Part shown: positions 1-9,834 of the stretch, one piece after another | Layout: the number at the start of each line of letters is the position of its first letter | Position numbering within the stretch: position 1 is the first letter of the stretch | NCBI GenBank assembly: GCA_040387495.1 | Contig: JAZKDQ010000001.1 | Location: 234,937 to 254,936, forward strand | Reading direction: 5' to 3' | DNA from: Pseudomonadota bacterium | GTDB lineage: Bacteria > Pseudomonadota > Alphaproteobacteria > Paracaedibacterales > CAIOTO01 | DNA length: 20,000 nt | Notes under the pieces: generated by a model | What the model was told of the DNA's origin: nothing | Databases searched by the model: none | The model's input: only the letters and a program-made list of their open reading frames with translations | Translations under genes and position numbers: made by a program

Positions 1-2
1 AA

Positions 3-938
3 GTTGGGCTTCAAAGCCGCCTTTGGACACGACTAATAGGACGTTATGGTATCTCAGTTTCGTCTTATCGCATGATCGCTAATTATCATTTAGAGACATC
101 TGCGGCGCCAAGAATGCCGCCTATGCCAGCACCATTAAAAGTACACCGCCCAGTAATCTACTATGCGAGTCATGTGGAGCAACTTATGCGAGATCCGTAT
201 GCGTACTACACGCGGCATGTATTGCGATTGGATCCACTACCGGTACTGGATGAAGCGTTATCGGCAAAAGATAAAGGGCAAATGTTTCACGACATTTTGG
301 ATAAATATGTAAAGGAAGTGCCTGAACCTTCCTTTGAAAAGTTGCTGGATTTTTCAAAACCATTTTTCGATAGTTTAGAGGAAAAGGGAAGGGGAATCGT
401 TCAGACGTTTTGGTGGTATCGTTTTAAACGTATCGCCGAGTGGTGGCATGGTAAGTTGGATGTTGAATTGGTGAGCCACCGTACAACGGAGACTGCCGGT
501 GAAACAACTTTGTTGCTTGATGGAACATCCGTTGCGCTAAAAAGTCGTGCTGACCGCATTGAAAGTCCATTGGGAGAGACGGCGCTACGAATTATTGATT
601 ATAAAACGGGCGCATTGCCTACACGAAAATCTGTTGCAGATGGATCTTCTCCGCAATTGCTCGTTGAGGCTGTTATTGCGCACAACCAAGGATTTGGTGA
701 TGCTTTTCTGACTGATGGTGTATTTCAGCTGGAATATTGGCGCCTTACTGGTGGTGATCCTGCGGGTGAATGTTTGATATTCACCAGTTCTTATGAGGAT
801 CGTTTGAAAACTGAGGTATCTATTAAGCGTATGCTGACTCATTATTTACGCGACAGTAGCCCATATTTGGCGACTGGATCATTTGCTGATATCGGCTTCT
901 TTGCTCGAATGGAAGAGTGGGAAACTCAATTATCTTGA
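3..938 (+). CDS. addB: Double-strand break repair protein AddB, C-terminal PD-(D/E)xK nuclease part (5'-truncated by window edge)
   Basis: Frame is open from position 3 (VGLQSRLWTRL...), upstream of the tracked ATG at 72. Motifs EQLMRDPYAYY..HVLRL, KGQMFHDIL, RADRIE, IIDYKTG and SPQLLVEA match alphaproteobacterial AddB. Confidence 0.85.
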   Translation, partial: VGLQSRLWTRLIGRYGISVSSYRMIANYHLETSAAPRMPPMPAPLKVHRPVIYYASHVEQLMRDPYAYYTRHVLRLDPLPVLDEALSAKDKGQMFHDILDKYVKEVPEPSFEKLLDFSKPFFDSLEEKGRGIVQTFWWYRFKRIAEWWHGKLDVELVSHRTTETAGETTLLLDGTSVALKSRADRIESPLGETALRIIDYKTGALPTRKSVADGSSPQLLVEAVIAHNQGFGDAFLTDGVFQLEYWRLTGGDPAGECLIFTSSYEDRLKTEVSIKRMLTHYLRDSSPYLATGSFADIGFFARMEEWETQLS

Positions 939-956
939 GAACGACAGCTCCTTGCA

Positions 957-971
957 TTAACACCTTATTAA
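957..971. promoter_or_regulatory. Putative CtrA-binding box (TTAA-N7-TTAA) upstream of flgB
   Basis: ttaa-cacctta-ttaa, ending ~50 bp before the flgB ATG. AT-rich context raises the chance-match rate. Confidence 0.5.
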
Positions 972-1022
972 TTTTTTTATCTCAAACTGATAATAGAATA
1001 AACATGTGTTAATGAGTCCTTT

Positions 1023-1382
1023 ATGTTAAATAACAGATTAAGCATTTTAATGCAGCAGCGTGCCCAGTGGCTGAGTGCAAAAACACAGCTTACTGTAGAA
1101 AACATTGCAAACTCTGATATGAAAAGTGCTAAACGTAAAGAAATTTCGCCATTTGTATCTATATTACAGCGTTCAAATTATGCGCGCACAAACACTGGAA
1201 AGTTACTGAATGATGTTAAAAATTTTAGAATCAAAAAAGAAGACATTATTACAACAAAAGAGGAAATTTCGCGTGAACAGGAAATGATGCTTCTTACACG
1301 TGCGACAGCTGACCACGATGGCTTGATGAGTATTATTAAGAAATTTCATCAAATGTACAGAGCAGTTCTGTCAAAGAGCTAG
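1023..1382 (+). CDS. flgB: Flagellar basal-body rod protein FlgB (divergent)
   Basis: WLSAKTQLTVENIANSD N-terminal rod motif, ISREQEM near the C-terminus, 119 aa, directly before flgC. Confidence 0.8.
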   Translation: MLNNRLSILMQQRAQWLSAKTQLTVENIANSDMKSAKRKEISPFVSILQRSNYARTNTGKLLNDVKNFRIKKEDIITTKEEISREQEMMLLTRATADHDGLMSIIKKFHQMYRAVLSKS

Positions 1383-1412
1383 TAATGAATTCATTATTAA
1401 AGGTTACACGGT

Positions 1413-1850
1413 ATGTCATACAATTCAGGTAGTTCAGGAATCTCAGCGTTAACAAAATCGCTACATATCTCAACAGCGGCTATTATTGCACAAAATCAAC
1501 GTGTCCTAGTTCTTTCTCAAAATATTGCAAACGCTGAAGTGAAGGCTATGCCTGGGCAGGAAGTATATAAACGACAGTTAGTTAGTTTCCATAATGTGTT
1601 TGATCGTGGGATCAGAGCGCCGCTTTTGCGCGTCAAAAAAATAATTCATGTAAATGATGAGCCTATTAAAAACTATAGTCCTGGGGATCCCATGGCTGAT
1701 AAAGAAGGTTTTACACATCAGCCTAATATTAAACCAATAAATGAAATGGCCGACGTTCGTGAAGCAAGCCGCAGCCATGAATCAAACTTACGCGCATTTG
1801 AACGTATCTTGATGATGCTTCAAAATACTGTTGGTTTATTGAAAGGATAA
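1413..1850 (+). CDS. flgC: Flagellar basal-body rod protein FlgC
   Basis: QRVLVLSQNIANAE, YKRQLVSF and YSPGDPMADKEGF..PNIKPINEMAD..EASRSHESNL match the FlgC signature. Confidence 0.9.
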   Translation: MSYNSGSSGISALTKSLHISTAAIIAQNQRVLVLSQNIANAEVKAMPGQEVYKRQLVSFHNVFDRGIRAPLLRVKKIIHVNDEPIKNYSPGDPMADKEGFTHQPNIKPINEMADVREASRSHESNLRAFERILMMLQNTVGLLKG

Positions 1851-1856
1851 TTATTA

Positions 1857-2186
1857 ATGTCAGTATCGGGTGCAAATTTACCGTATAATAATATGAATCA
1901 AAGTCCTGTGTTTAGCACGACAGGAAAAGATATGAACATTATTATTGGGAAAGAAAAGCAAGGGCAGCCAAGTGAATTTAAGTCATTCTTAGAGAATTCT
2001 GCATCAAGTTTCTTAAAAGAAACAAAAGAAGTTGAACAAAAGGTTACACAATTTTCTGAAGGAAAGCTCGATATAGAGGCTGTTGCTTCTGAAGTTGCTG
2101 CAATGAGTGTCAAGATTGAGGCGGCTAAGCGAACGGCAGAAGAACTTAAAACAGGCATACATTCTTTGCTTAATATGCAAATGTAA
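1857..2186 (+). CDS. fliE: Flagellar hook-basal body protein FliE (divergent)
   Basis: Follows flgBC, 109 aa, with F.SFL, GKLDIEAV and C-terminal LLNMQM typical of FliE. Confidence 0.75.
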   Translation: MSVSGANLPYNNMNQSPVFSTTGKDMNIIIGKEKQGQPSEFKSFLENSASSFLKETKEVEQKVTQFSEGKLDIEAVASEVAAMSVKIEAAKRTAEELKTGIHSLLNMQM

Positions 2187-2335
2187 ATGCAGTTGTGTTT
2201 GAAATATGATCAAAACATAGGATTTTCCAAGTTTTTTGGATGCGATATATTTTTCTTGCTCAATTGATTTGCATTTTGTAAAATTAAAACTTGAAAACTA
2301 TCCTTAAAAACTCATCTCTTTTTATCATATTTTTC

Positions 2336-2364
2336 TTGCGTAGTGGAGTTTCATTTTATAGAAT
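2336..2364 (+). promoter_or_regulatory. Putative sigma70 promoter for the greA operon
   Basis: TTGCGT-17 bp-TAGAAT, ~150 bp upstream of greA. Confidence 0.5.
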
Positions 2365-2514
2365 TTAAACTTGAAAATCGATGTTGAAAACCGTTCTTTT
2401 AAACCATTTCAAAAAATGTAAGAATTTTGGGCTAAATGGGTTGTTGTTTTTTATGTCTAAATAAAATGATTCGTGTTAATTTTTTAATTTTTATAGTAGT
2501 GAGTAGTTAGTTTT

Positions 2515-2988
2515 ATGGAAAAAATTCCAATGACCGAAGGTGGCTTTGTAGCCTTACGAGACGAATTGCATCATTTAAAGGGGACAGAGCGTCCTTCTGT
2601 GATAAAAGCAATTTCTGACGCACGTGAACATGGTGATTTAGGTGAGAATGCTGAATACCATGCGGCTAAAGAGAAGCAAAGCTTTATTGAAGGTCGTATT
2701 GCTGAATTAGAAGATAAAGTTAGTCGTGCTGAAGTAATTGATCTTTCTAAGATTTCAGGAGACGATATTAAGTTTGGTGCGACAATTCAGCTGATCGATG
2801 ATGATACGGATGAAATGCATACATATCAGATTGTAGGTAGTGATGAGGCTGATGTAAAAAAGGGACTTCTTTCAATTACATCGCCATTGGCGCGCGCATT
2901 AATTGGTAAAAAAGTTGATGATAGTATTGAAGTAATCACACCTAATGGTGGTAAAGCTTACACGATTCAAGAGGTACGATACGTATAA
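2515..2988 (+). CDS. greA: Transcription elongation factor GreA
   Basis: [18 protein letters not shown] and [13 protein letters not shown] motifs. Its stop overlaps the thyX start (TAATG). Confidence 0.98.
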   Translation: MEKIPMTEGGFVALRDELHHLKGTERPSVIKAISDAREHGDLGENAEYHAAKEKQSFIEGRIAELEDKVSRAEVIDLSKISGDDIKFGATIQLIDDDTDEMHTYQIVGSDEADVKKGLLSITSPLARALIGKKVDDSIEVITPNGGKAYTIQEVRYV

Positions 2989-3932
2989 TGAGTGCCCCCT
3001 TGAAACTTGATCCAGTAGATACACAAACAGCTGAACTTGACGAACTTCGTGGTCAGTCTTATCAAACACGGCGTGCGACGGTGCCAGCACTTGAAGAGAT
3101 GTTGTACAAACCGCAGCCTGTACTTGATCATGGTTTCGTGCGCGTAGTTGATTATATGGGTGATGATAGTGCGATTGTGCAGGCCGCCCGGGTTTCCTAT
3201 GGTAAGGGAACAAAACAAGTTTCTGAAGACCGTGGTTTGATCCGTTATTTGATGCGTCACTGGCATTCCACTCCATTTGAAATGTGCGAAATAAAATTGC
3301 ATGTTAAGTTGCCTATGTTTGTTGCACGTCAATGGATTCGTCATCGTACAGCAAACGTTAATGAGTATTCTGCGCGTTATTCTATTTTAGATCGTGAATT
3401 TTACGTGCCTGCAGCTGAGCATTTATCTGCGCAATCGACGTCTAACCGACAAGGACGTGCAGGTGTTCTTGAAGGCGAGCATGCACAAAATGTGCTCAAC
3501 ATGCTTAAAGAAGATGCAACGCGTTGTTATGACAACTATATGTGGATGCTTAACGAAGATGAGTCTCAAGGAGATCATCCTGGTATGGCGCGTGAACTTG
3601 CTCGTATGAATCTACCGGTAAATTTTTATACACAATGGTATTGGAAAGTTGACTTGCATAACTTGATGCACTTTTTGCGCCTTCGTGCTGATCCACATGC
3701 GCAATATGAAATTCGTGTATATGCTGATGCTATTTTAAATATAATGAAGGCTTGGGTTCCTTTAGCGTTTGATGCATTTGAGGAATATCGCTTAGGTGCT
3801 GCGCAATTGTCAGCAACAGGTGTTCGTCTTGTACAACGTCGTTTGGCTGGTGAGAAGATTACCTTTGAGCAGAGCGGATTATCCAAGCGTGAATGGGTTG
3901 AGTTGTGCGAACTGTTTGATGTTACTCAATAG
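2988..3932 (+). CDS. thyX: FAD-dependent thymidylate synthase ThyX
   Basis: [28 protein letters not shown] (ThyX motif), RELARMNLP and HAQYEIR. Confidence 0.98.
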   Translation: MSAPLKLDPVDTQTAELDELRGQSYQTRRATVPALEEMLYKPQPVLDHGFVRVVDYMGDDSAIVQAARVSYGKGTKQVSEDRGLIRYLMRHWHSTPFEMCEIKLHVKLPMFVARQWIRHRTANVNEYSARYSILDREFYVPAAEHLSAQSTSNRQGRAGVLEGEHAQNVLNMLKEDATRCYDNYMWMLNEDESQGDHPGMARELARMNLPVNFYTQWYWKVDLHNLMHFLRLRADPHAQYEIRVYADAILNIMKAWVPLAFDAFEEYRLGAAQLSATGVRLVQRRLAGEKITFEQSGLSKREWVELCELFDVTQ

Positions 3933-3953
3933 AATACAACGTAAAAGTAAAAC

Positions 3954-4898
3954 ATGAAAAATACATCCACTAAGGACGTTTTGCCATTAAAAAAGCCTGA
4001 TTGGATTCGGGTAAAGGCGCCTGTTTCAAAGGAATATCATGAAACAGCTGCTCTGATGCGCTCGCTTAACCTAAAAACGGTGTGTGAAGAGGCTGCTTGC
4101 CCAAATGTGGGTGAATGTTGGTCAAAAAGACATGCGACAATGATGATCTTGGGTGATGTGTGCACGCGTGCATGTGCGTTCTGTAATGTTAAAACAGGGC
4201 GGCCAGACTTGCTTGATCCGCATGAGCCGGAGCGCGTTGGTAAAGGCGTTGCTGGGCTTGGTCTTAGCCATGTGGTTATTACATCTGTTGACCGTGATGA
4301 TCTTGACGATGGCGGCGCCAATCATTTCGCCGAAGTTATTCGCCAGATTCGATTGCAATCTCCGGGAACGACAATTGAGATTCTAACCCCAGATTTCTTG
4401 CGAAAAGAAGGTGCACTTGAAATTGTTGTAAAAGCGCGTCCTGATGTTTATAACCACAATCTTGAAACAGTGCCACGCCTGTATCCATCCGTTAGGCCGG
4501 GCGCCCGTTATTTCCATTCATTGCGACTTTTGAATCGCGTAAAAGAGCTTGATCCAACGATCTTTACAAAATCAGGCATTATGGTGGGTCTTGGTGAAGA
4601 ACGCACAGAGGTTTTGCAAGTCATGGATGACTTGCGTGCAGCTGATGTTGACTTTATGACGATTGGGCAGTACCTTCAGCCAACCCCTAAGCACCATGAT
4701 GTGATGGAATATGCAACACTTGAACAGTTTGATGACTATGCCAAAATGGGCCGTGGCAAAGGATTCTTGCTAGTAGCTGCCTCACCTTTAACGCGATCAT
4801 CCTATCATGCGGGTGATGATTTTGAACGTTTGCGTGCTGCGCGTCTTGATCAGACATCTAAAGTTAGCCCTTCAAAGGTTGATAATGCCAACGCATAG
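3954..4898 (+). CDS. lipA: Lipoyl synthase LipA
   Basis: [13 protein letters not shown], radical-[11 protein letters not shown], and RSSYHA. Confidence 0.98.
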   Translation: MKNTSTKDVLPLKKPDWIRVKAPVSKEYHETAALMRSLNLKTVCEEAACPNVGECWSKRHATMMILGDVCTRACAFCNVKTGRPDLLDPHEPERVGKGVAGLGLSHVVITSVDRDDLDDGGANHFAEVIRQIRLQSPGTTIEILTPDFLRKEGALEIVVKARPDVYNHNLETVPRLYPSVRPGARYFHSLRLLNRVKELDPTIFTKSGIMVGLGEERTEVLQVMDDLRAADVDFMTIGQYLQPTPKHHDVMEYATLEQFDDYAKMGRGKGFLLVAASPLTRSSYHAGDDFERLRAARLDQTSKVSPSKVDNANA

Positions 4899-5331
4899 TG
4901 AAAAACGAATTGTTCCCTATACACCAGAGCAAATGTATTCTCTTGTTGCTGATGTCGCAGCTTATTCTGATTTTTTGCCGTGGGTGACTTCTTCGGTTGT
5001 ATACAATCACTCAGCTACTGGATTTGAGGCTGATCTTTCAATTGGTGCCTCTTTTATCACTCATGCATATTCGTCGAAGGTTATGTTGCAGCCAGAGAAT
5101 TATCGTATTGATGTTACCCATACAAAAGGGCCATTCCATCATCTGAATAATCACTGGATTTTTCATAATCGTGAAGAGGGTGCGGAAATTGAGTTCTTTC
5201 TTGATTTTGAATTGAGCAATCCATTTTTAAAACCAGTATTGCAACCTTTCTTGAATCAAGCTGCAGGTATGATGGTCAGTGCATTTGAAACACGTGCACA
5301 GCACTTGTTTGGAAAGACTTGTAATAGGTAA
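4885..5331 (+). CDS. Coenzyme Q-binding / RatA (START/polyketide-cyclase fold) protein
   Basis: True start is likely the ATG at 4885 ([30 protein letters not shown]). [11 protein letters not shown] and AFETRA are present. This gene commonly follows lipA in Alphaproteobacteria. Confidence 0.9.
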   Translation: MPTHSEKRIVPYTPEQMYSLVADVAAYSDFLPWVTSSVVYNHSATGFEADLSIGASFITHAYSSKVMLQPENYRIDVTHTKGPFHHLNNHWIFHNREEGAEIEFFLDFELSNPFLKPVLQPFLNQAAGMMVSAFETRAQHLFGKTCNR

Positions 5332-5401
5332 GGTAAACTTGATAAAATCAAATAGCGTTCACTATTGATTCTCATCTTCCTCTTTTGATAAAGCGACACT
5401 T

Positions 5402-6046
5402 ATGACAAATGAATTTTTCCTCCAAGCCTTTGTGACTCTCCTTGTTATTGTTAATCCTTTTTCAGTTGTGCCTATATTTGTGTCTTTGACGCAAAATGAT
5501 TCTGCTTCCGTGAAGAAAAAGATTGTGAAAAAAGCTTGCTTAATTTCGATTACATTACTTTTAACCTTTGCATTCGCAGGTGATAAGTTGCTTGATTTAA
5601 TGCGTATTTCGCCAGAGGCGTTCCGTATTACGGGTGGTTTATTGCTCCTTCTTGCTGCTATTAAGATGGTTTTGTCTAAAGGAGGTTGTTCAGGTGATTC
5701 GCCAAATGGTGACGTAAGAATTGATGCAAACAAACGTGAAGACGTTTCTGTTTACCCGCTTTCCATCCCATTGCTTGCTGGACCTGGAGCGTTGACAACA
5801 GTTGTTCTTTTGATGAGAGAGGCCACAGAATTGAATTTTCAATCAGTGGTTGGGGTTGTCGGTGTAGTTTTTTTGGTTATTACTATTGCATGGGGAAGTT
5901 TGTTACTTGGTGATCGTTTAATGCGTATATTAGGTGTTACAGGAACCAATGTCTTAACACGTGTATTTGGTATTATTTTAGCAGCCGTATCTATTGATGG
6001 CATCTTAAAAGGTTTAATTGCTGTGTTTAAGCTTGCGAAAGTATAA
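5402..6046 (+). CDS. MarC family integral membrane protein
   Basis: VNPFSVVPIF, AFRITGGLLL, VYPLSIPLLAGPGA and TRVFGIILAA. Confidence 0.93.
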   Translation: MTNEFFLQAFVTLLVIVNPFSVVPIFVSLTQNDSASVKKKIVKKACLISITLLLTFAFAGDKLLDLMRISPEAFRITGGLLLLLAAIKMVLSKGGCSGDSPNGDVRIDANKREDVSVYPLSIPLLAGPGALTTVVLLMREATELNFQSVVGVVGVVFLVITIAWGSLLLGDRLMRILGVTGTNVLTRVFGIILAAVSIDGILKGLIAVFKLAKV

Positions 6047-6051
6047 ATTTG

Positions 6052-7398
6052 ATGGCTAAAGCAACACATCGATTTGTCTGTCAAGATTGCGGATCCTATT
6101 ATTCAAAATGGGCAGGTCGATGTGAGGGATGTGGTTCGTGGAATCGCATGGTTGAAGAAGTTCTTAATACGAAAACAGCGAAGGCTTCGCGCATATCACC
6201 CGATGAGTTTTTTGAAAATCTAGCGATTGAAGACCCTAATAAACACAATCAAACGCGTTTACCAAGCCATTTAACTGAGTTTGACCGTGTCTGCGGCGGC
6301 GGGTTAGTGCCAGGTTCGGTCCTGTTGATTGGCGGTGATCCTGGAATTGGCAAATCCACGTTGTTGCTGCAAATCGTATCAAAAATGGCAGCAGAGCGTT
6401 CATGCGTGTACATTTCGGGTGAGGAAGCAACATCACAAATTCGTTTGCGTGCGAATCGTTTGGGCTTAGCAAATACGCCGGTACATTTAGCAGCTGCAAC
6501 ACAATTGCCCGATATTATTGGGGCGCTTAATCGGATGCCAGCTCTGGATGTAGTCGTGATCGATTCCATACAAACTATTGCCAGTGATATGATTGAATCA
6601 GCCCCAGGTAGCGTATCGCAGGTACGTGCATGCGCGTTTGAATTAATTCAGCTCGCTAAGAAAAAAGGGTTTGTTCTGATTTTGGTGGGACATGTTACCA
6701 AAGAAGGTACGCTTGCAGGTCCGCGCGTGCTTGAGCATATGGTTGATACAGTTTTGTATTTCGAAGGTGACGGAGCATATGATTACCGTTTGTTACGATC
6801 AGTAAAGAATCGATTTGGGCCATCAAATGAAATTGGTGTTTTTGCGATGGAAGAGGGCGGTTTGCGTCCTATTGAGAATCCATCAGAATTGTTTTTATCA
6901 CAACATGAAACGCCCGTTAGTGGGACGGCAATTTTTGCTGGTGTTGAAGGTACGCGCCCCTTATTGGTTGAAGTGCAAGCACTTGTGGCACCATCTGCGT
7001 ATGCGTCCCCGAAGCGCACGACCGTGGGTTGGGATGTAAATCGTTTGGCAATGGTGGTGGCTGTGCTTGAGGCGCGCTGCGGGCTTAGCTTTGCAGGTAA
7101 GGATATCTATTTGAATGTGGTCGGCGGCCTTAAAGTGACAGAGCCTGCTGCGGATTTGGCCATGGCAGCGTCGTTGATTTCAGCGCTTAGCAATAATCCC
7201 ATCTATGGTAAGTGTGTTTATTTTGGTGAGATTGGTTTAACAGGAGAAGTTCGGTCAGTGAGCCAGGCAGAATCACGTTTAAAAGAATCAGCGCGTTTAG
7301 GGTTTGAAACGGCTTATTGTGCGCCAACAACAGCGCGTTATGTGGATGTGATTCCACAGCATGATGTGCGGTTTGTGCTGGATTTGATTAAACTTTAG
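6052..7398 (+). CDS. radA: DNA repair protein RadA/Sms
   Basis: N-terminal C4 zinc finger (CQDCG..CEGCG), Walker A GDPGIGKST, KNRFG motif and Lon-like C-terminal domain. Confidence 0.98.
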   Translation: MAKATHRFVCQDCGSYYSKWAGRCEGCGSWNRMVEEVLNTKTAKASRISPDEFFENLAIEDPNKHNQTRLPSHLTEFDRVCGGGLVPGSVLLIGGDPGIGKSTLLLQIVSKMAAERSCVYISGEEATSQIRLRANRLGLANTPVHLAAATQLPDIIGALNRMPALDVVVIDSIQTIASDMIESAPGSVSQVRACAFELIQLAKKKGFVLILVGHVTKEGTLAGPRVLEHMVDTVLYFEGDGAYDYRLLRSVKNRFGPSNEIGVFAMEEGGLRPIENPSELFLSQHETPVSGTAIFAGVEGTRPLLVEVQALVAPSAYASPKRTTVGWDVNRLAMVVAVLEARCGLSFAGKDIYLNVVGGLKVTEPAADLAMAASLISALSNNPIYGKCVYFGEIGLTGEVRSVSQAESRLKESARLGFETAYCAPTTARYVDVIPQHDVRFVLDLIKL

Positions 7399-7522
7399 AC
7401 GTAATAACGCAAATTTAGAATTTTGTATTATTTTTCTAAATTAAAATTATTTTTCATGTTGATTTGTGTTTTTTTTGTGCCTAAAAAGATTTAGTAACTG
7501 TTTTTTTTGAAGCACATAATCT

Positions 7523-8653
7523 ATGACAAACTATTGGCAAATTTTTAAAGCAGAATTTAAAGAATGGTGGAAAGAATTTTTCTCACCTTTTTTTTCTAAT
7601 TACATAGGTGGAATAAATGTACAAAAAGCAACTACCTTATTAATTTCCTTATTGGTAGCATTTTCTACGGCTTCTTTTATATGGTTTATACGTGTAGAGG
7701 ATATACCCTACCCAATTGGTAATTTTAATATCCATATTATTTCATTTCTGGCGTTTATTTTCTTGATAATAGCTGTCTGCTTTTTATTTTTACCTGCTAT
7801 TTTATATTTTCGTTTTCTATTAAGAAATTATAAAATTTATTTTTTAAAAGATAATTTTGATCAATTTTTATATTGGAATCTCTTGTTTAGTCCTGCTTAT
7901 TTTTGTTATTTTCTGTTTATGTATTGGGAAATGAAAAATAACAATGCATTTTCTTGTTTTTTAACGTTTTTTTGTATTTTGTTTTTCTTTTTTAATATGT
8001 GTAGCATTATCTTATTAATTAGAAAGAAAATCAGAAAAGAAATAAATTTAATATCATTTAAAGAAATAGTATTTAACAACTTCTGGTCATTTATGGGGCT
8101 AATATGTGCCTTTTCTTTTTTCTCGTACGTAAGTTATACAAAATTGCAATATTTAGATAAAGAATTGACCTCGAATTGGATAACAATTATCTCTCTTTTT
8201 TCTTATCCTGTGTTACTTTTTATCACAACTTATAGATTTAATTCAAAAATACCTATTTTAAAGCACATTATAAATTGTGGTTTTATTTTTATAACATGTT
8301 TTGTTTTTTATTGCGGCCCAAATTTTATTAAAAGAAGTTTGTATGATCTTAAACTTGGAGGGGATTATCCAATTCAATTGGAAATATCACAGGATATTTT
8401 ATGTCAAAAATATTCATTTCTTGTGAATGACCAAAATATGTGTATTAAAAATCCTAATAACCAAAACTCAAAAACATTAAAGGATCCTTCATTAGTTCTA
8501 AATCTAGGAGGAGAACTTTTTTTTATAAAAGAAAAATGTGAAAAAGAATTGGAAAATAAAGTAGAGAAAAATGATTTTCAAAAAAGCCAGTCGTTAAAAA
8601 AACGTTGTAAAATTCGTTCTATACATCATAAAGATGTTGTTATTTCGTACTAA
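7523..8653 (+). CDS. Hypothetical polytopic membrane protein (AT-rich, probably horizontally acquired)
   Basis: 376-aa intact ORF with about 7 hydrophobic F/I/L-rich segments, then a soluble Lys/Cys-rich tail. Visibly much more AT-rich than its neighbours. Confidence 0.7.
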   Translation: MTNYWQIFKAEFKEWWKEFFSPFFSNYIGGINVQKATTLLISLLVAFSTASFIWFIRVEDIPYPIGNFNIHIISFLAFIFLIIAVCFLFLPAILYFRFLLRNYKIYFLKDNFDQFLYWNLLFSPAYFCYFLFMYWEMKNNNAFSCFLTFFCILFFFFNMCSIILLIRKKIRKEINLISFKEIVFNNFWSFMGLICAFSFFSYVSYTKLQYLDKELTSNWITIISLFSYPVLLFITTYRFNSKIPILKHIINCGFIFITCFVFYCGPNFIKRSLYDLKLGGDYPIQLEISQDILCQKYSFLVNDQNMCIKNPNNQNSKTLKDPSLVLNLGGELFFIKEKCEKELENKVEKNDFQKSQSLKKRCKIRSIHHKDVVISY

Positions 8654-8724
8654 TTTTATCGCCTTTGAAATAAAGAATGTTAAGAATCTTAGCACTCTTT
8701 TTATTTAGGCATATTTAAAAATCT

Positions 8725-9768
8725 CTAAAACGCAAACGATCCAAAATGCTTTAGCCACGCTTCATCACCATCATATAATTGGCGAATATCGACAATACCA
8801 TTTTTGATCATACATAAGCGCTCTAGCCCCATACCAAAGGCAAATCCTTGGTATTCTAAGGGATCAGCACCGCAGTTGGTTAGTACGTTAGGATGCACCA
8901 TGCCACAGCCTAACAGTTCCAGCCAATCGCCACCCTTGCCGATGAGAAGTTTGCCATCTTTTTTTGTGCAGGCGATGTCTACTTCAGCGGAGGGTTCGGT
9001 GAATGGGAAAAAACTTGGACGAAACCGAACAGGAACATCAGCAACGCCAAATAGCGCACTGCAGAATTCACGAATGAGTCCTTTTAAATGCCCCATGTGA
9101 ATATCTTTATCGAGGACTAAGCCTTCGATTTGATGGAACATGGGGGTGTGCGTCGCGTCTAAGTCATCGCTACGATATACACGTCCAACAGAAAGCAAAC
9201 GAAGTGGTGGTTTTTGCGTTGCAAGTGATCGTATTTGTACGGTTGATGTGTGTGTGCGTAAAAGGTGTGTTGGATGCCCTTCGATAAAAAAAGTGTCATG
9301 ATTTTGGCGGGCAGGGTGATGTGCTGGAATATTGAGTGCATCAAAGTTATGCCATTCATCGTCAACTTCGGGCCCTTCGGCAAATGTGAATCCACGCTTT
9401 TGAAAGAAGTCTGAAATTTCTTCTTTTAGTGCGGTAAGAGGGTGGATGCGACCAAGGGTGCCAGTTTGTGTGAATGGTGGAGAAGGTAGTGTAATATCAA
9501 GGGATTCTGAGCTAAGCTTTTGTTGTATAGCGTGTACTTCAAGAAATTGAAGTTGGTTTTGAAATGATTCAGTTAAAGAATCACGTATAGCATTAATCTC
9601 AGCACCCTTGGCTTTTTTTTCTTCGATTGATCGAAGCGACGCAAGCCCTTTAAGTGCTTGTGTAACTGCCCCACTTTTTCCTAAGAAAGCTGCTTTTAAG
9701 GCCTCTAGTTGGGATAAGTCAGTCGTTGCCGTTATTTGATTGAGCCAGATAGGGAGCTGTAATTGCAC
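8725..9768 (-). CDS. pheS: Phenylalanine--tRNA ligase alpha subunit
   Basis: NFDALNIP.HHPAR, LLRTHTS, HTPMFHQIEG, FRPSFFPFTEPS and GFAFGMGLER. GTG start. Confidence 0.98.
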   Translation of the reverse strand: MQLQLPIWLNQITATTDLSQLEALKAAFLGKSGAVTQALKGLASLRSIEEKKAKGAEINAIRDSLTESFQNQLQFLEVHAIQQKLSSESLDITLPSPPFTQTGTLGRIHPLTALKEEISDFFQKRGFTFAEGPEVDDEWHNFDALNIPAHHPARQNHDTFFIEGHPTHLLRTHTSTVQIRSLATQKPPLRLLSVGRVYRSDDLDATHTPMFHQIEGLVLDKDIHMGHLKGLIREFCSALFGVADVPVRFRPSFFPFTEPSAEVDIACTKKDGKLLIGKGGDWLELLGCGMVHPNVLTNCGADPLEYQGFAFGMGLERLCMIKNGIVDIRQLYDGDEAWLKHFGSFAF

Positions 9769-9799
9769 GGTGCGCGTTCCTATATTTAATTTGTGTTAT

Positions 9800-9834
9800 A
9801 AAAAAAAGCCCCAACAATCGAATGTACGGGGCTT
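9800..9834 (-). terminator. Intrinsic terminator after rplT
   Basis: On the minus strand AAGCCCC-gtacattcgattgtt-GGGGCTT runs into a T8 tract. Confidence 0.75.

Noticed and set aside
2287..2391. Repeated (AAAC)TTGAAAA words in the fliE-greA spacer as an array, iterons or CRISPR
   Set aside because: Short, irregularly spaced and in very AT-rich DNA. No repeat-spacer periodicity was seen here or elsewhere in the window.
4885..5331. RatA as the toxin of a toxin-antitoxin system
   Set aside because: No RatB/RnfH partner is present. The lipA-linked gene is the usual CoQ-binding START-domain protein.
7406..8736. AACGCAAA direct repeat flanking the orphan gene as a target-site duplication
   Set aside because: Only 8 bp in A-rich sequence, with no integrase or IS ends. 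Chance is likely.
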